From a virus: DNA of 47,068 bases. Under the pieces are notes generated by a model, which worked only from the letters and a program-made list of their open reading frames with translations, ran no database searches and was not told the DNA's origin. The DNA lies in IMG/VR virus record IMGVR_UViG_3300047408_000023, positions 1-47,068 of that record, one strand, 5' to 3'. Shown here one piece after another: positions 36,204 through 44,064 of the stretch (within the stretch, counting starts at the first letter, position 1; each line of letters begins with the position of its first letter). Position numbers and translations under genes: made by a program.

Positions 36204-36226
36204 CACAATCTAGCAGACTCTTTACC

Positions 36227-36268
36227 TAGCCCGGTATTCTGTTAATCAGAGTATCGGGCTATTTTTTT
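36227..36268 (+). terminator. rho-independent terminator
   Basis: TAGCCCGGTATTCTG-ttaat-CAGAGTATCGGGCTA (two G-U pairs) followed by TTTTTTT. Confidence 0.8.
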
Positions 36269-36282
36269 GCCCGGACAAATCG

Positions 36283-36550
36283 TATATTATATATGATATA
36301 TGATATATGATATACAATCTGTGCCGTCCTACCCTCTCACCCTGCCGACTATCCTGCTAGCCTGTCCCTAGTCTATCCATCCTAGTCTATAGCCTCATAT
36401 ACTATCAGTCTCATTAGCCTAGCCTCATATACTTTGATAGAGAGAGGGTATAGAGAGATAGCGCGCGTTTACATCTCTCCCTCTTTTGGCAGGCTGGCCT
36501 GTCTGGTAAGTCTTTGATATCCATATTCTTTTATATATATATTTTTTGTA
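36283..36550. repeat. ori-like repeat cluster
   Basis: (ATATGAT)x3 at 36291..36311. CCTAGTCTAT x2 at 36367 and 36381. AGCCTCATATACT x2 at 36391 and 36421. AT-rich tract at 36516..36550. Confidence 0.45.
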
Positions 36551-36677
36551 TAGACTATCATATCCAATACTAACCACATAATCAGGCCAGTATGTTAATA
36601 GCCTGAGACTTGTAAACAGACACTATCTCTATAGGCTGTCTCTCTCCCTGCTACCGGCTGTAACCTGTTGATTCTGC

Positions 36678-36706
36678 TTGACTTAGCCGCAAGGCAAGCG
36701 TAAGAT
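36678..36706 (+). promoter_or_regulatory. sigma70-type promoter
   Basis: TTGACT-N17-TAAGAT, about 50 nt upstream of the ATG at 36759. Confidence 0.45.
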
Positions 36707-36732
36707 AGAGAGGGACCGACCGACCCTGACCA

Positions 36733-36752
36733 CTGTCCACTTTAGAGGACAC
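36733..36752. promoter_or_regulatory. TGTCC-N8-GGACA palindrome, copy 2
   Basis: CTGTCC-actttaga-GGACAC, 6 nt before the ATG at 36759. Confidence 0.5.
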
Positions 36753-36758
36753 TATACT

Positions 36759-36926
36759 ATGAAGCGTAAGTCTAACAGACGTATACTAATGGAGCATACT
36801 AAACTATGTATGGTATGCAGAAAGAATGAGACTGATGAAGATAATCTAGTATGTGATTCATGTAAGAAAGAAAGAGAAGATTTATATAATAAACGATTAG
36901 GTATTAAGGGAGATGATGATGTCTAA
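36759..36926 (+). CDS. 55-aa zinc-ribbon protein (below the ORF-track cutoff)
   Basis: MKRKSNRRILMEHTKLCMVCRK...LVCDSCKKE...; CxxC x2; overlaps the next start by 14 nt. Confidence 0.5.
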   Translation: MKRKSNRRILMEHTKLCMVCRKNETDEDNLVCDSCKKEREDLYNKRLGIKGDDDV

Positions 36927-37356
36927 GAGAGTTAAATACTGTATGGCATGTAAGGTAGAACAGACTAGTAATCCTAGCTGTATATGTAATACCTGTATAT
37001 CTAAGAAATGCACAAACTGTGGAAAGATATCAGTATCTAATACTCAGTATGATGATACTGGTAAACCATTCTGTCCTAAGTGTTTCAGGACAGTTATGAT
37101 ACTAGCAGTGCAAGCAGGTAAGACAGACTCATTTACTCTAGCCCATAGACTAGATAGGATGGAAGCAGATATAAGTTTATTGAAACGTATAGTGTCCGGC
37201 GCCGATATCACGGCACAGCCTATCAAGCCTGAGTCTATATCAAGCCGGGTAGATTCTCTGCTTGATACTATGGAGTTACCTGATATGTCTGTAGAAGATA
37301 TCAAGGATAAAGCATTAGCTCTAATGCTAGAGAATACAGAGACAGACAAAGACTAG
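36913..37356 (+). CDS. Cys-rich zinc-ribbon protein
   Basis: CMAC, CICNTC, CTNC, CPKC in the first 60 aa. Confidence 0.6.
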   Translation: MMMSKRVKYCMACKVEQTSNPSCICNTCISKKCTNCGKISVSNTQYDDTGKPFCPKCFRTVMILAVQAGKTDSFTLAHRLDRMEADISLLKRIVSGADITAQPIKPESISSRVDSLLDTMELPDMSVEDIKDKALALMLENTETDKD

Positions 37357-37362
37357 AAGAAA

Positions 37363-37382
37363 GTGTCCACTTTATAGGACAT
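37363..37382. promoter_or_regulatory. TGTCC-N8-GGACA palindrome, copy 3
   Basis: GTGTCC-actttata-GGACAT, 7 nt after the stop of 36913..37356. Confidence 0.5.
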
Positions 37383-37513
37383 TCAAAAACTTGGATTCGG
37401 TTTATTGGATAAATCCAAATTATTGGAGCCAAACCACAATATATGGTGTGTCGGTTTTTTGACATACTACATATAGACGGCACGACGTTTGCAATACTGA
37501 CAGGGGATAGTCC

Positions 37514-37533
37514 CTGTCCTAAGAATAGGACAC
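37514..37533. promoter_or_regulatory. TGTCC-N8-GGACA palindrome, copy 4
   Basis: CTGTCC-taagaata-GGACAC, about 30 nt upstream of the next gene. Confidence 0.5.
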
Positions 37534-37561
37534 TATGCCGGAAGTCTGTAGCCTGTAGTCT

Positions 37562-37849
37562 ATGGAGTGTAGAATGAAGTCTACTAGATTGTCGTATCAG
37601 AGTTATACAGTTATAGTCTGTGACATTGCAGACCAGTTATCAGAATTAGGGCCAGAGTCTGAGGCTGGCGTATTCTGGTCTGAGTCTGAGGCTAAGTCTT
37701 GCCTAGAGAAATACTTGAGAGACTGGCCCAGTATTTACAAGTGGAGAATTGAAATGAGAGAGAATGGAAATACTACATTCATCTCTCAGGATGAACGTCA
37801 AGTAAATCCGAATACAGACTGGCGCATGGAAGCGAAAAGGAAAATCTAA
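37562..37849 (+). CDS. hypothetical early protein
   Basis: ORF. The ATG at 37574 has a better RBS (GGAG). Confidence 0.6.
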   Translation: MECRMKSTRLSYQSYTVIVCDIADQLSELGPESEAGVFWSESEAKSCLEKYLRDWPSIYKWRIEMRENGNTTFISQDERQVNPNTDWRMEAKRKI

Positions 37850-38061
37850 TGCCAACATATGATGTTAAGATTACTGGCTATGCTGCTAATGTGACGGCTG
37901 CTAATCCTGAAGATGCTATCAAGCAGATTAGAGACTACGCCGGTCTTTACTCAACATTCACTGTGCTAGATTCTATGTCTGGTAATCCTGTCCCTGTAGA
38001 TAATCAGGCTCAGATGGATGGCCGATTTATGAGACTGCCTAATGCAAGCGATAAAGTCTAG
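37849..38061 (+). CDS. hypothetical early protein
   Basis: ORF coupled by TAATG to the upstream gene. Confidence 0.6.
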   Translation: MPTYDVKITGYAANVTAANPEDAIKQIRDYAGLYSTFTVLDSMSGNPVPVDNQAQMDGRFMRLPNASDKV

Positions 38062-38245
38062 CAGTCACAGAGTTAAGTGGAACTTACGGCAAGTCTATAA
38101 GATTGTCGAGTATAGAAAGGGATGTGTATATAAGACCAAATCTCTAGGGTATATCGTATGTCTCAGAGACTATAAGTTTCTAGACAATACAGATATAGAA
38201 ATACATCCGCCATCTACCAAAGTCTCTATGGAGTTAGCCAAATGA
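38042..38245 (+). CDS. hypothetical early protein
   Basis: ORF with 20-nt overlap upstream and ATGA overlap downstream. Confidence 0.5.
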   Translation: MQAIKSSSHRVKWNLRQVYKIVEYRKGCVYKTKSLGYIVCLRDYKFLDNTDIEIHPPSTKVSMELAK

Positions 38246-38928
38246 ACTGCCAAGTATGTGGTAACGAAACATTTTCTGATGCAGATATTTGTGATGATTG
38301 TGAGCCTACCATACCAAAGGCTACAAAGACTAAAGAGGCTGAGATTATCCAGCCTGAGTCTGTCATCATCCATAAATGTGAGGGAATAGTAGATGGCCTA
38401 GCCTGTCCTAACGGGACATCTACAAAGTATGGAAGTCTGTGGCTATGTGATTCCTGCCGTATCAAGGCTAAGGCTGAGTCTGGAAATTATACAGACTCGA
38501 ATAGTCCGGCGCCGGAAACCACGACGCCAACATATGACCCTGATAACTATACAAATATGGGATTTGAAGAAGTCTTCAAACGCATATTTAATGACTACGC
38601 TCCGAGAGTCTCAGAATTATCTGATGAGGCTTTACTACAGCGTATCATCTACCATCGTCGGGCACAAGAAATTGATAAGACTCTAGAGGGTATTGTGCTC
38701 TCGGAGAAAGAACGTAGGCTGAAGACTAGGAAAGGTGCAGCTAGAGATAAACTTACATCAGGAATTGATGGAACCAAAGCATTCCCTACACAGTCTGAGC
38801 AAGACAAAGCAGATAAGGCTGCACAGACTACTGAGAAAAAGACTAAGACTAAGTTAGAACGTGCGCTCGCTAGACTGGTAGAGGCTGGCGCTGATGAAGC
38901 ACTAGCCCGGAAAGTATTGGGTATCTAG
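38242..38928 (+). CDS. zinc-ribbon protein with K/E-rich C-terminal half
   Basis: CQVC...CDDC and C...C...CDSC motifs. Confidence 0.6.
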   Translation: MNCQVCGNETFSDADICDDCEPTIPKATKTKEAEIIQPESVIIHKCEGIVDGLACPNGTSTKYGSLWLCDSCRIKAKAESGNYTDSNSPAPETTTPTYDPDNYTNMGFEEVFKRIFNDYAPRVSELSDEALLQRIIYHRRAQEIDKTLEGIVLSEKERRLKTRKGAARDKLTSGIDGTKAFPTQSEQDKADKAAQTTEKKTKTKLERALARLVEAGADEALARKVLGI

Positions 38929-38929
38929 T

Positions 38930-40561
38930 ATGTCCGAAGTCTTTTATAAGTGTCCAGTCTGCAAACACAAAGTCACAGAGAAATCTAGACTTAAGCAGAC
39001 TGATATAGAAAAAACCGGCGGACGGGTAATTAAGAAAGAATACTATATGATTGGCCTATCGTGCAATCATATATGTATTGACCCACCTATCTGGATAGAT
39101 GATGTTGATGCCTATCTAGATTCTTTCATCAGTCTCGATGGCAAGACTCTATTTCCATTTCAGAGAGAGGGTGTCAAGTTCCTACTCAAGAATGGAAAGG
39201 GTTTAATAGCCGATGAGATGGGCTTAGGAAAGACTATCCAAGCAATTGCTACGATAATGTCTAATCCTAAGCAGTTTCTCCCTGCCTTAGTAATCTGCAA
39301 GTCTGCGATTACTCTTAATTGGGTTAGACAAATTGTGAGATGGTCCGGCGCAGCTAATAATGATGTGCCTATCATTTCTCAAATCATATCCACTAGCAAG
39401 GGTGAAGTCCCTATGCTAAATATCTTTCCAATTACTATCATTTCCTATGATTTGCTACGTCGCCTAGACTGGCCTGATGAAAGGTGGTCTGCATATAGGA
39501 CTGTCATTCTAGATGAAGTCCAGCAAATCAAAAGAAGTGGAGCGAAAGATACTAAGCGTGCATCAGCTGTGATGGAACTTATTGCTAAGATTCCTCATGT
39601 CATAGCATTATCCGGCACGCCATTTAAGAATACTTTGTTTGAGTATTACAATGTGCTCCATGCATTAAAGCCTGATAGGTTTCCGGGCTTTAATAATTTT
39701 CTGTGGAGATTTGTGGATGTCTACAAAGACAGGAAAGGCACCACAAAATATGGTGGTCTGAGAAAGGGCACAGAGAAAGAATTCATCAGACTCACAGAGG
39801 ACATTGTAATCCGGCGTGAAAGAAAAGAAGTGGCGCCGGAGATACCCACTGTCAATAGGCAATTCCAATTCTGTGACTTGGATAAGAATCTAGAGAATGC
39901 CTATCGAAAACTGATGATTGACTTCTCCGATGCATACTATCGTGGGGAGAAGTTCAATAACATACTAGAGTATATCAATAAGATGCGGTATCTAACTACC
40001 ATGTCTAAGATTGATAATACTGTAGATACAGTAAGTGAAGCATTGCTTACGAGTGATGAACAGATTGTAGTATTCTATCATCACGATGATGCTGGTGAGG
40101 CTATCAATAGAAAACTCACTGAGCTTATGACAGACGGTGATATGATACCGCCTCTCAGATATGTCTCTAGCCTGTCTGACCAGCAGAGAGATATTGTGGT
40201 TCAAGACTTCCGTAATAAGAAGTCAAGAGTCCTATTGTGTTCTACTCTAGCAGGTGGTGAGGGAATAGATTTAGAATTCTGCCATCGTGCAGTAATGCAT
40301 GAGAGACAATGGAATCCGGGTAATGAGGAACAGGCAGAGTCTAGGTTCACTAGATTCGGTAGCACGGCTGAGTATGTGGATGTCATATACCAGATTGCCG
40401 CCGGAACTATTGATGATTACTTTACTGAGCTAGTAGAAGTAAAGCGTGAGAGATTTAGAAAGGGTATGAATAAAGAGGCACAGCCTTGGAATGAGACTGG
40501 TCTAATGCAGGAACTCTTTGAAGTGTTGGCTACTAAGGGGATGAAACAATGGCGACTCTAG
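38930..40561 (+). CDS. SNF2-family helicase/ATPase with N-terminal zinc ribbon
   Basis: ADEMGLGKT (motif I), ILDEVQQIK (DExx), STLAGGEGIDL and QWNPGNEEQAESR (motifs V/VI). N-terminal CPVC. Confidence 0.85.
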   Translation: MSEVFYKCPVCKHKVTEKSRLKQTDIEKTGGRVIKKEYYMIGLSCNHICIDPPIWIDDVDAYLDSFISLDGKTLFPFQREGVKFLLKNGKGLIADEMGLGKTIQAIATIMSNPKQFLPALVICKSAITLNWVRQIVRWSGAANNDVPIISQIISTSKGEVPMLNIFPITIISYDLLRRLDWPDERWSAYRTVILDEVQQIKRSGAKDTKRASAVMELIAKIPHVIALSGTPFKNTLFEYYNVLHALKPDRFPGFNNFLWRFVDVYKDRKGTTKYGGLRKGTEKEFIRLTEDIVIRRERKEVAPEIPTVNRQFQFCDLDKNLENAYRKLMIDFSDAYYRGEKFNNILEYINKMRYLTTMSKIDNTVDTVSEALLTSDEQIVVFYHHDDAGEAINRKLTELMTDGDMIPPLRYVSSLSDQQRDIVVQDFRNKKSRVLLCSTLAGGEGIDLEFCHRAVMHERQWNPGNEEQAESRFTRFGSTAEYVDVIYQIAAGTIDDYFTELVEVKRERFRKGMNKEAQPWNETGLMQELFEVLATKGMKQWRL

Positions 40562-40857
40562 AGAATGACAGGAATGATGAGTGGATTAGAAAAGAATCCG
40601 AGCCTAAGCTGTGCTCATGTGGCTCAGGTAAAGAAAGAGAATTGCAGTATGATGGACGTGGCATTCCATTGTGCTATACATGTGAAGACTGCCACGATAA
40701 AAAGATGGCAGGATATAGGCCAGAGATTCTAGAGTATTATACTCAGGCCGATGTAGATGAGCCTATTGAGGAAGCAGATGATGATGGTCAGTATGTCTCT
40801 GGCTATAGAGTGTTCAGAGATGGCAGCTATCGTGAAGACTTTGGGAGTGATAGATAA
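40549..40857 (+). CDS. Cys-rich hypothetical protein
   Basis: CSCGSG...CYTCEDCH motifs. Confidence 0.55.
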   Translation: MATLENDRNDEWIRKESEPKLCSCGSGKERELQYDGRGIPLCYTCEDCHDKKMAGYRPEILEYYTQADVDEPIEEADDDGQYVSGYRVFRDGSYREDFGSDR

Positions 40858-41078
40858 TGGCATACCAATCTGAGCAGCATGAGATTCTATCGGCAATGGA
40901 AACATATGGTGGTAGCTTTGTCAAACAATTAGTTAAGTTATTTATCTTAGCTGATTATGAGAACCAAGCTAAACTTGAGGCAGCATTTCAGAATTACTTT
41001 CAACAGTATGATGAGATGGCTGTGACTATTAAGAAACAGCAGCATCATCATCTCCGGCCCAAGGGGACATCAGAATAA
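40857..41078 (+). CDS. hypothetical protein
   Basis: ORF coupled by TAATG. Confidence 0.6.
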   Translation: MAYQSEQHEILSAMETYGGSFVKQLVKLFILADYENQAKLEAAFQNYFQQYDEMAVTIKKQQHHHLRPKGTSE

Positions 41079-41317
41079 TGGAATTCAGTAAAACGCTAGC
41101 AAGATATTATCATGGATGGTTTAGAGACTGCCATGATTCGGCTGTGTTATGTCAAGAGAAAGGAGATACTGTCGAGGCTGATAAGTATCTAGATGCAGCT
41201 AAGAAATACTTCGAGGTTATCATTAACAATTGGGATGCAGTTGAGTTCTTTAGTCTCAATGACAATGCTCATAAGATAGATAGAGCATTGCCAGTAGAGT
41301 TTAGAGGATACAAATGA
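41078..41317 (+). CDS. hypothetical protein
   Basis: ORF coupled by TAATG. Confidence 0.6.
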   Translation: MEFSKTLARYYHGWFRDCHDSAVLCQEKGDTVEADKYLDAAKKYFEVIINNWDAVEFFSLNDNAHKIDRALPVEFRGYK

Positions 41318-41505
41318 GATGCCAATGTGATAGGCCCGGCGCAGACCATCAGCCTAATGAATGTCCATGTAAGGCTGAATGGATAGTCAGGAGAAATGGC
41401 AGAGACTTGAGAGTCTGCGGCATGTGCTGTGGATTAGGTAACGATTCTAATGTGAGGAAAATAGATGAAGCTCAAGAGCCAACCCAGATTAAACTCTGGC
41501 CGTAG
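41314..41505 (+). CDS. Cys-rich hypothetical protein
   Basis: MRCQC...CPC...CGMCCG. Confidence 0.5.
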   Translation: MRCQCDRPGADHQPNECPCKAEWIVRRNGRDLRVCGMCCGLGNDSNVRKIDEAQEPTQIKLWP

Positions 41506-41650
41506 GATTCCACGGTATGCAAGTATGCATCCTGCTGTAAAGCACGGCCTGGAATCTATTGCCCGTTCTGAAAGACGGTCAGTCTCATGGGTGATTCATG
41601 AGATTGTAGCTGATTACTTCAAGCTAGATATCATGGGGAAGAAGCGATGA
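41465..41650 (+). CDS. ribbon-helix-helix (CopG/Arc-like) DNA-binding protein
   Basis: MHPAVKHGLESIARSERRSVSWVIHEIVADYF. The true start is probably the ATG at 41525, which removes the overlap. Confidence 0.4.
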   Translation: MKLKSQPRLNSGRRIPRYASMHPAVKHGLESIARSERRSVSWVIHEIVADYFKLDIMGKKR

Positions 41651-41892
41651 GACTACCTAGAACTGTGCTAGATACATTAGATACTCATTACCTCAAGAGG
41701 GTATCAGTATCTAATCATCCAGTGATGTGGCAAGCTAGAGACTTCTATGTTAGACTAGGCTATGCCAATGCGATATACTTCACATTCAATATGCAGTATT
41801 GGTGTGCTCAGGATGCAGAGAATAGTAAGTTCTGGCCTGCTGTCCGAGCTGAGATTAAACTGATACACTCATACAGACCAGACAATAGCTAA
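41647..41892 (+). CDS. hypothetical protein
   Basis: ORF with ATGA coupling. Confidence 0.6.
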   Translation: MRLPRTVLDTLDTHYLKRVSVSNHPVMWQARDFYVRLGYANAIYFTFNMQYWCAQDAENSKFWPAVRAEIKLIHSYRPDNS

Positions 41893-42197
41893 TGACTAAG
41901 ATTCTACGGGCCGGGCAAGATACGTGGGCATTACAGGCTATGCTTAAGGGACGTGAAGTAGTCCGTATGATTAGGCATGGAGATTCTATATCTGATATAT
42001 GGTGGGGTGCATTAGTTGCTGCACATAGAGCCAATCAGGTTCTTAAGATTGAGGCCCGGCTCCGTAGAATACTACCACCCAAGTCTGTCCAGTGCAGTTG
42101 TGTGGAACGTGTGCAGATATCATGTGTGCAAGTCCCGGCGCAGGATAATATCGTGATACATAAACGCAAGCCGGGCAGACGCAAAGTCTATGAGTAA
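41892..42197 (+). CDS. hypothetical protein
   Basis: ORF coupled by TAATG. Confidence 0.6.
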   Translation: MTKILRAGQDTWALQAMLKGREVVRMIRHGDSISDIWWGALVAAHRANQVLKIEARLRRILPPKSVQCSCVERVQISCVQVPAQDNIVIHKRKPGRRKVYE

Positions 42198-42206
42198 AGA
42201 ATAAAA

Positions 42207-42226
42207 GTGTCCACTAAATAGGACAC
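42207..42226. promoter_or_regulatory. TGTCC-N8-GGACA palindrome, copy 5
   Basis: GTGTCC-actaaata-GGACAC, 8 nt upstream of a -35 hexamer. Confidence 0.55.
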
Positions 42227-42234
42227 TAATTGTC

Positions 42235-42263
42235 TTGACTCAGCCGGTAGCACAGTGTAATAT
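42235..42263 (+). promoter_or_regulatory. sigma70-type promoter flanked by two palindromes
   Basis: TTGACT-N17-TAATAT. Confidence 0.5.
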
Positions 42264-42284
42264 AATGAGGGGATGTCCCCAAAA

Positions 42285-42316
42285 GTAGACAGTGTCCTAT
42301 AAAGTGGACAGTCTAC
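42285..42316. promoter_or_regulatory. TGTCC-N8-GGACA palindrome, copy 6, with extended arms
   Basis: GTAGAC-ag-TGTCC-tataaagt-GGACA-GTCTAC. Confidence 0.55.
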
Positions 42317-42328
42317 TTCAGTCTATAA

Positions 42329-42380
42329 CCCGGATACTTAGACTTCATACAGTCTTAATCTAAGTATCCGGGGTTTTCTA
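42329..42380 (+). terminator. intrinsic terminator or attenuator hairpin
   Basis: CCCGGATACTTAG-18 nt loop-CTAAGTATCCGGG followed by GTTTTCTATTT. Confidence 0.55.
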
Positions 42381-42395
42381 TTTCAGGAGATACCA

Positions 42396-42566
42396 ATGGA
42401 AATGACAACGCTGCAATACATTACCAGCCCTGTCTATGGTTGCTCCACTACTAGTGAACTCATGAATCTTTCACGTGAGGATAAGGCTAACAACACTAAG
42501 AACGTAGAAGTCCTGAAGGAATGGGCTAGAGAGGAGATGAATAATAAGGGTATCACTATCAAGTAG
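42396..42566 (+). CDS. 56-aa hypothetical protein (below the ORF-track cutoff)
   Basis: AGGAG 6 nt upstream of the ATG. MEMTTLQYITSPVYGCSTTSELMNLSREDKANNTKNVEVLKEWAREEMNNKGITIK. Confidence 0.5.
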   Translation: MEMTTLQYITSPVYGCSTTSELMNLSREDKANNTKNVEVLKEWAREEMNNKGITIK

Positions 42567-42600
42567 CATCTTCCCATTGTAGATTAGAGGAGTCTCCCCC

Positions 42601-43281
42601 ATGCGAGCACGTAGAATAGTAGGACTGCTAGCTTGTGCATTGCTTGTCAGTGCATCAGCAATGGCATCTACCATTATAACATTCGGCAACATAACGCCGA
42701 ATCAGTTTACTGCTGTTGATAATGGCAACGGCACAACCACTCTATCTACTACGTCCGATGTGAACATTACCCAGTTTTTCTCTGGGCCATTGGATAGTGA
42801 TGCGTTGTTTACTTTCACAGCCACATCTACTGAGGATGCACAGCTTTTGCTTGGTGGGACAGTAATCTCACAGCGATATGCTGGTAATTTCTCAATCACC
42901 AATCAGGCTGGAACTGTAGACTATCTCAGTGGAACATTCGGTGCAGCACTAGAGTTCGGTGGAACCGGGGCAACAGGTGCAGTCTTGACTGCTAATAGTT
43001 TCCCTCAGACTCCGCCTCTCTCACTCTCTAGTGACTTCGCTGCACTGTTTAATCCTGAGAGTTTCGCATTGGCCCTGTCTAGTATCTCTCCGCCGCTTGG
43101 GGTGAATACTTATACAGTTGGTGGAGTTTCACATACGACGACTGCTAGTTTCACTTCGTCATATGCTGGCACTGCTGATGCTACACTTAATGCTGTGCCT
43201 GAGCCTACGAGTCTGGTAATGCTAGGCTCTGGGCTAATAGGAATGGCCGGTGCCGCCCGACGTAGAATCTTTAAGCTGTAA
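42601..43281 (+). CDS. secreted PEP-CTERM sorting-domain protein
   Basis: Signal peptide MRARRIVGLLACALLVSASAMA. C-terminal VPEP-TSLVMLGSGLIGMAGAA-RRR. AGGAG RBS. Confidence 0.8.
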   Translation: MRARRIVGLLACALLVSASAMASTIITFGNITPNQFTAVDNGNGTTTLSTTSDVNITQFFSGPLDSDALFTFTATSTEDAQLLLGGTVISQRYAGNFSITNQAGTVDYLSGTFGAALEFGGTGATGAVLTANSFPQTPPLSLSSDFAALFNPESFALALSSISPPLGVNTYTVGGVSHTTTASFTSSYAGTADATLNAVPEPTSLVMLGSGLIGMAGAARRRIFKL

Positions 43282-43360
43282 AGACTCGACTGAGCGAGAA
43301 TAAATAGTCCTCTAGGCTCAGAGCGGGTGTCCTACCAGACTATAGGTAGGGCATCGGGGA

Positions 43361-43597
43361 ATGATTCTAGTATGTGCTGGCTGTCATAAGCATATGGATA
43401 CAGCTACTACTAGTGAGTGGTTCACAGTTACTAAGGTTAAGAAACTACAGAGGCTAATCACATATCATTTCTGTAGTAAGGAATGTATGCTAGGCACGGC
43501 GCCGGTAACTAATAAACCAATAGAACCAGCACCTAAACCTCCACCCCAAACTAATTACTTGAGGATTAGATTAAAGAAAAGAAAAGCTACGGAGTAA
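43361..43597 (+). CDS. zinc-binding small protein
   Basis: CAGCH...HFCSKEC motifs with a basic C-terminal tail. Confidence 0.55.
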   Translation: MILVCAGCHKHMDTATTSEWFTVTKVKKLQRLITYHFCSKECMLGTAPVTNKPIEPAPKPPPQTNYLRIRLKKRKATE

Positions 43598-43601
43598 TAA
43601 C

Positions 43602-43868
43602 ATGACTGAGATACCGGAGACAGCCTTAGATTATCTGATACTCAGTAAGGAACAGGCTGAAGCTATCCAGAAATTCTTTGACAAAAGCTACATACACTAT
43701 GATGATTCGATTCTACATGAAGCGGTCAACAAAATCAATTCCTTTGTGGACAGAGCTGTTGCTAATGATAACTCTAGTCTACATAATGGTCATCATCTGC
43801 CTATATCTATAAGGGATGACGATGCCCTTGCCTCAGAATCCGATGTCATTCAAATTAAAGCTGACTAA
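43602..43868 (+). CDS. hypothetical protein
   Basis: ORF in operon context. Confidence 0.6.
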   Translation: MTEIPETALDYLILSKEQAEAIQKFFDKSYIHYDDSILHEAVNKINSFVDRAVANDNSSLHNGHHLPISIRDDDALASESDVIQIKAD

Positions 43869-44064
43869 GGATTTACCAAAGGATACTATACTGTATGTGC
43901 CTGACACAATCAAGTGTCCAGATTGTGGCAAGCATGTTCCTATTCAAGAACATTGTATAGCATGTGGACATAAGTTTCTAGTGGAGTATCTAGGTAACTA
44001 CATAGTCCATATGTCTGAGCTAATATCAGATGAGGTTAGGAAGTATATAAGAGAGAATGAATAA
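43816..44064 (+). CDS. zinc-ribbon protein
   Basis: CPDCGKH...CIACGH. The start may be the ATG at 43843. Confidence 0.55.
   Translation: MTMPLPQNPMSFKLKLTKDLPKDTILYVPDTIKCPDCGKHVPIQEHCIACGHKFLVEYLGNYIVHMSELISDEVRKYIRENE

Noticed and set aside
36283-36316. Tandem ATATGAT repeats considered as a possible CRISPR or minisatellite.
   Set aside because: The unit is only 7 nt with three copies and no spacers. This is a simple AT-rich microsatellite, treated as part of the ori-like region and not as a CRISPR array.
43327-43350. GTCCTACC-agactata-GGTAGGGC hairpin after the PEP-CTERM gene, considered as a terminator.
   Set aside because: It has an 8-bp stem (with one G-U pair) but no U-tract. It may be a variant of the N8 palindrome family rather than an intrinsic terminator, so it is not annotated as one.
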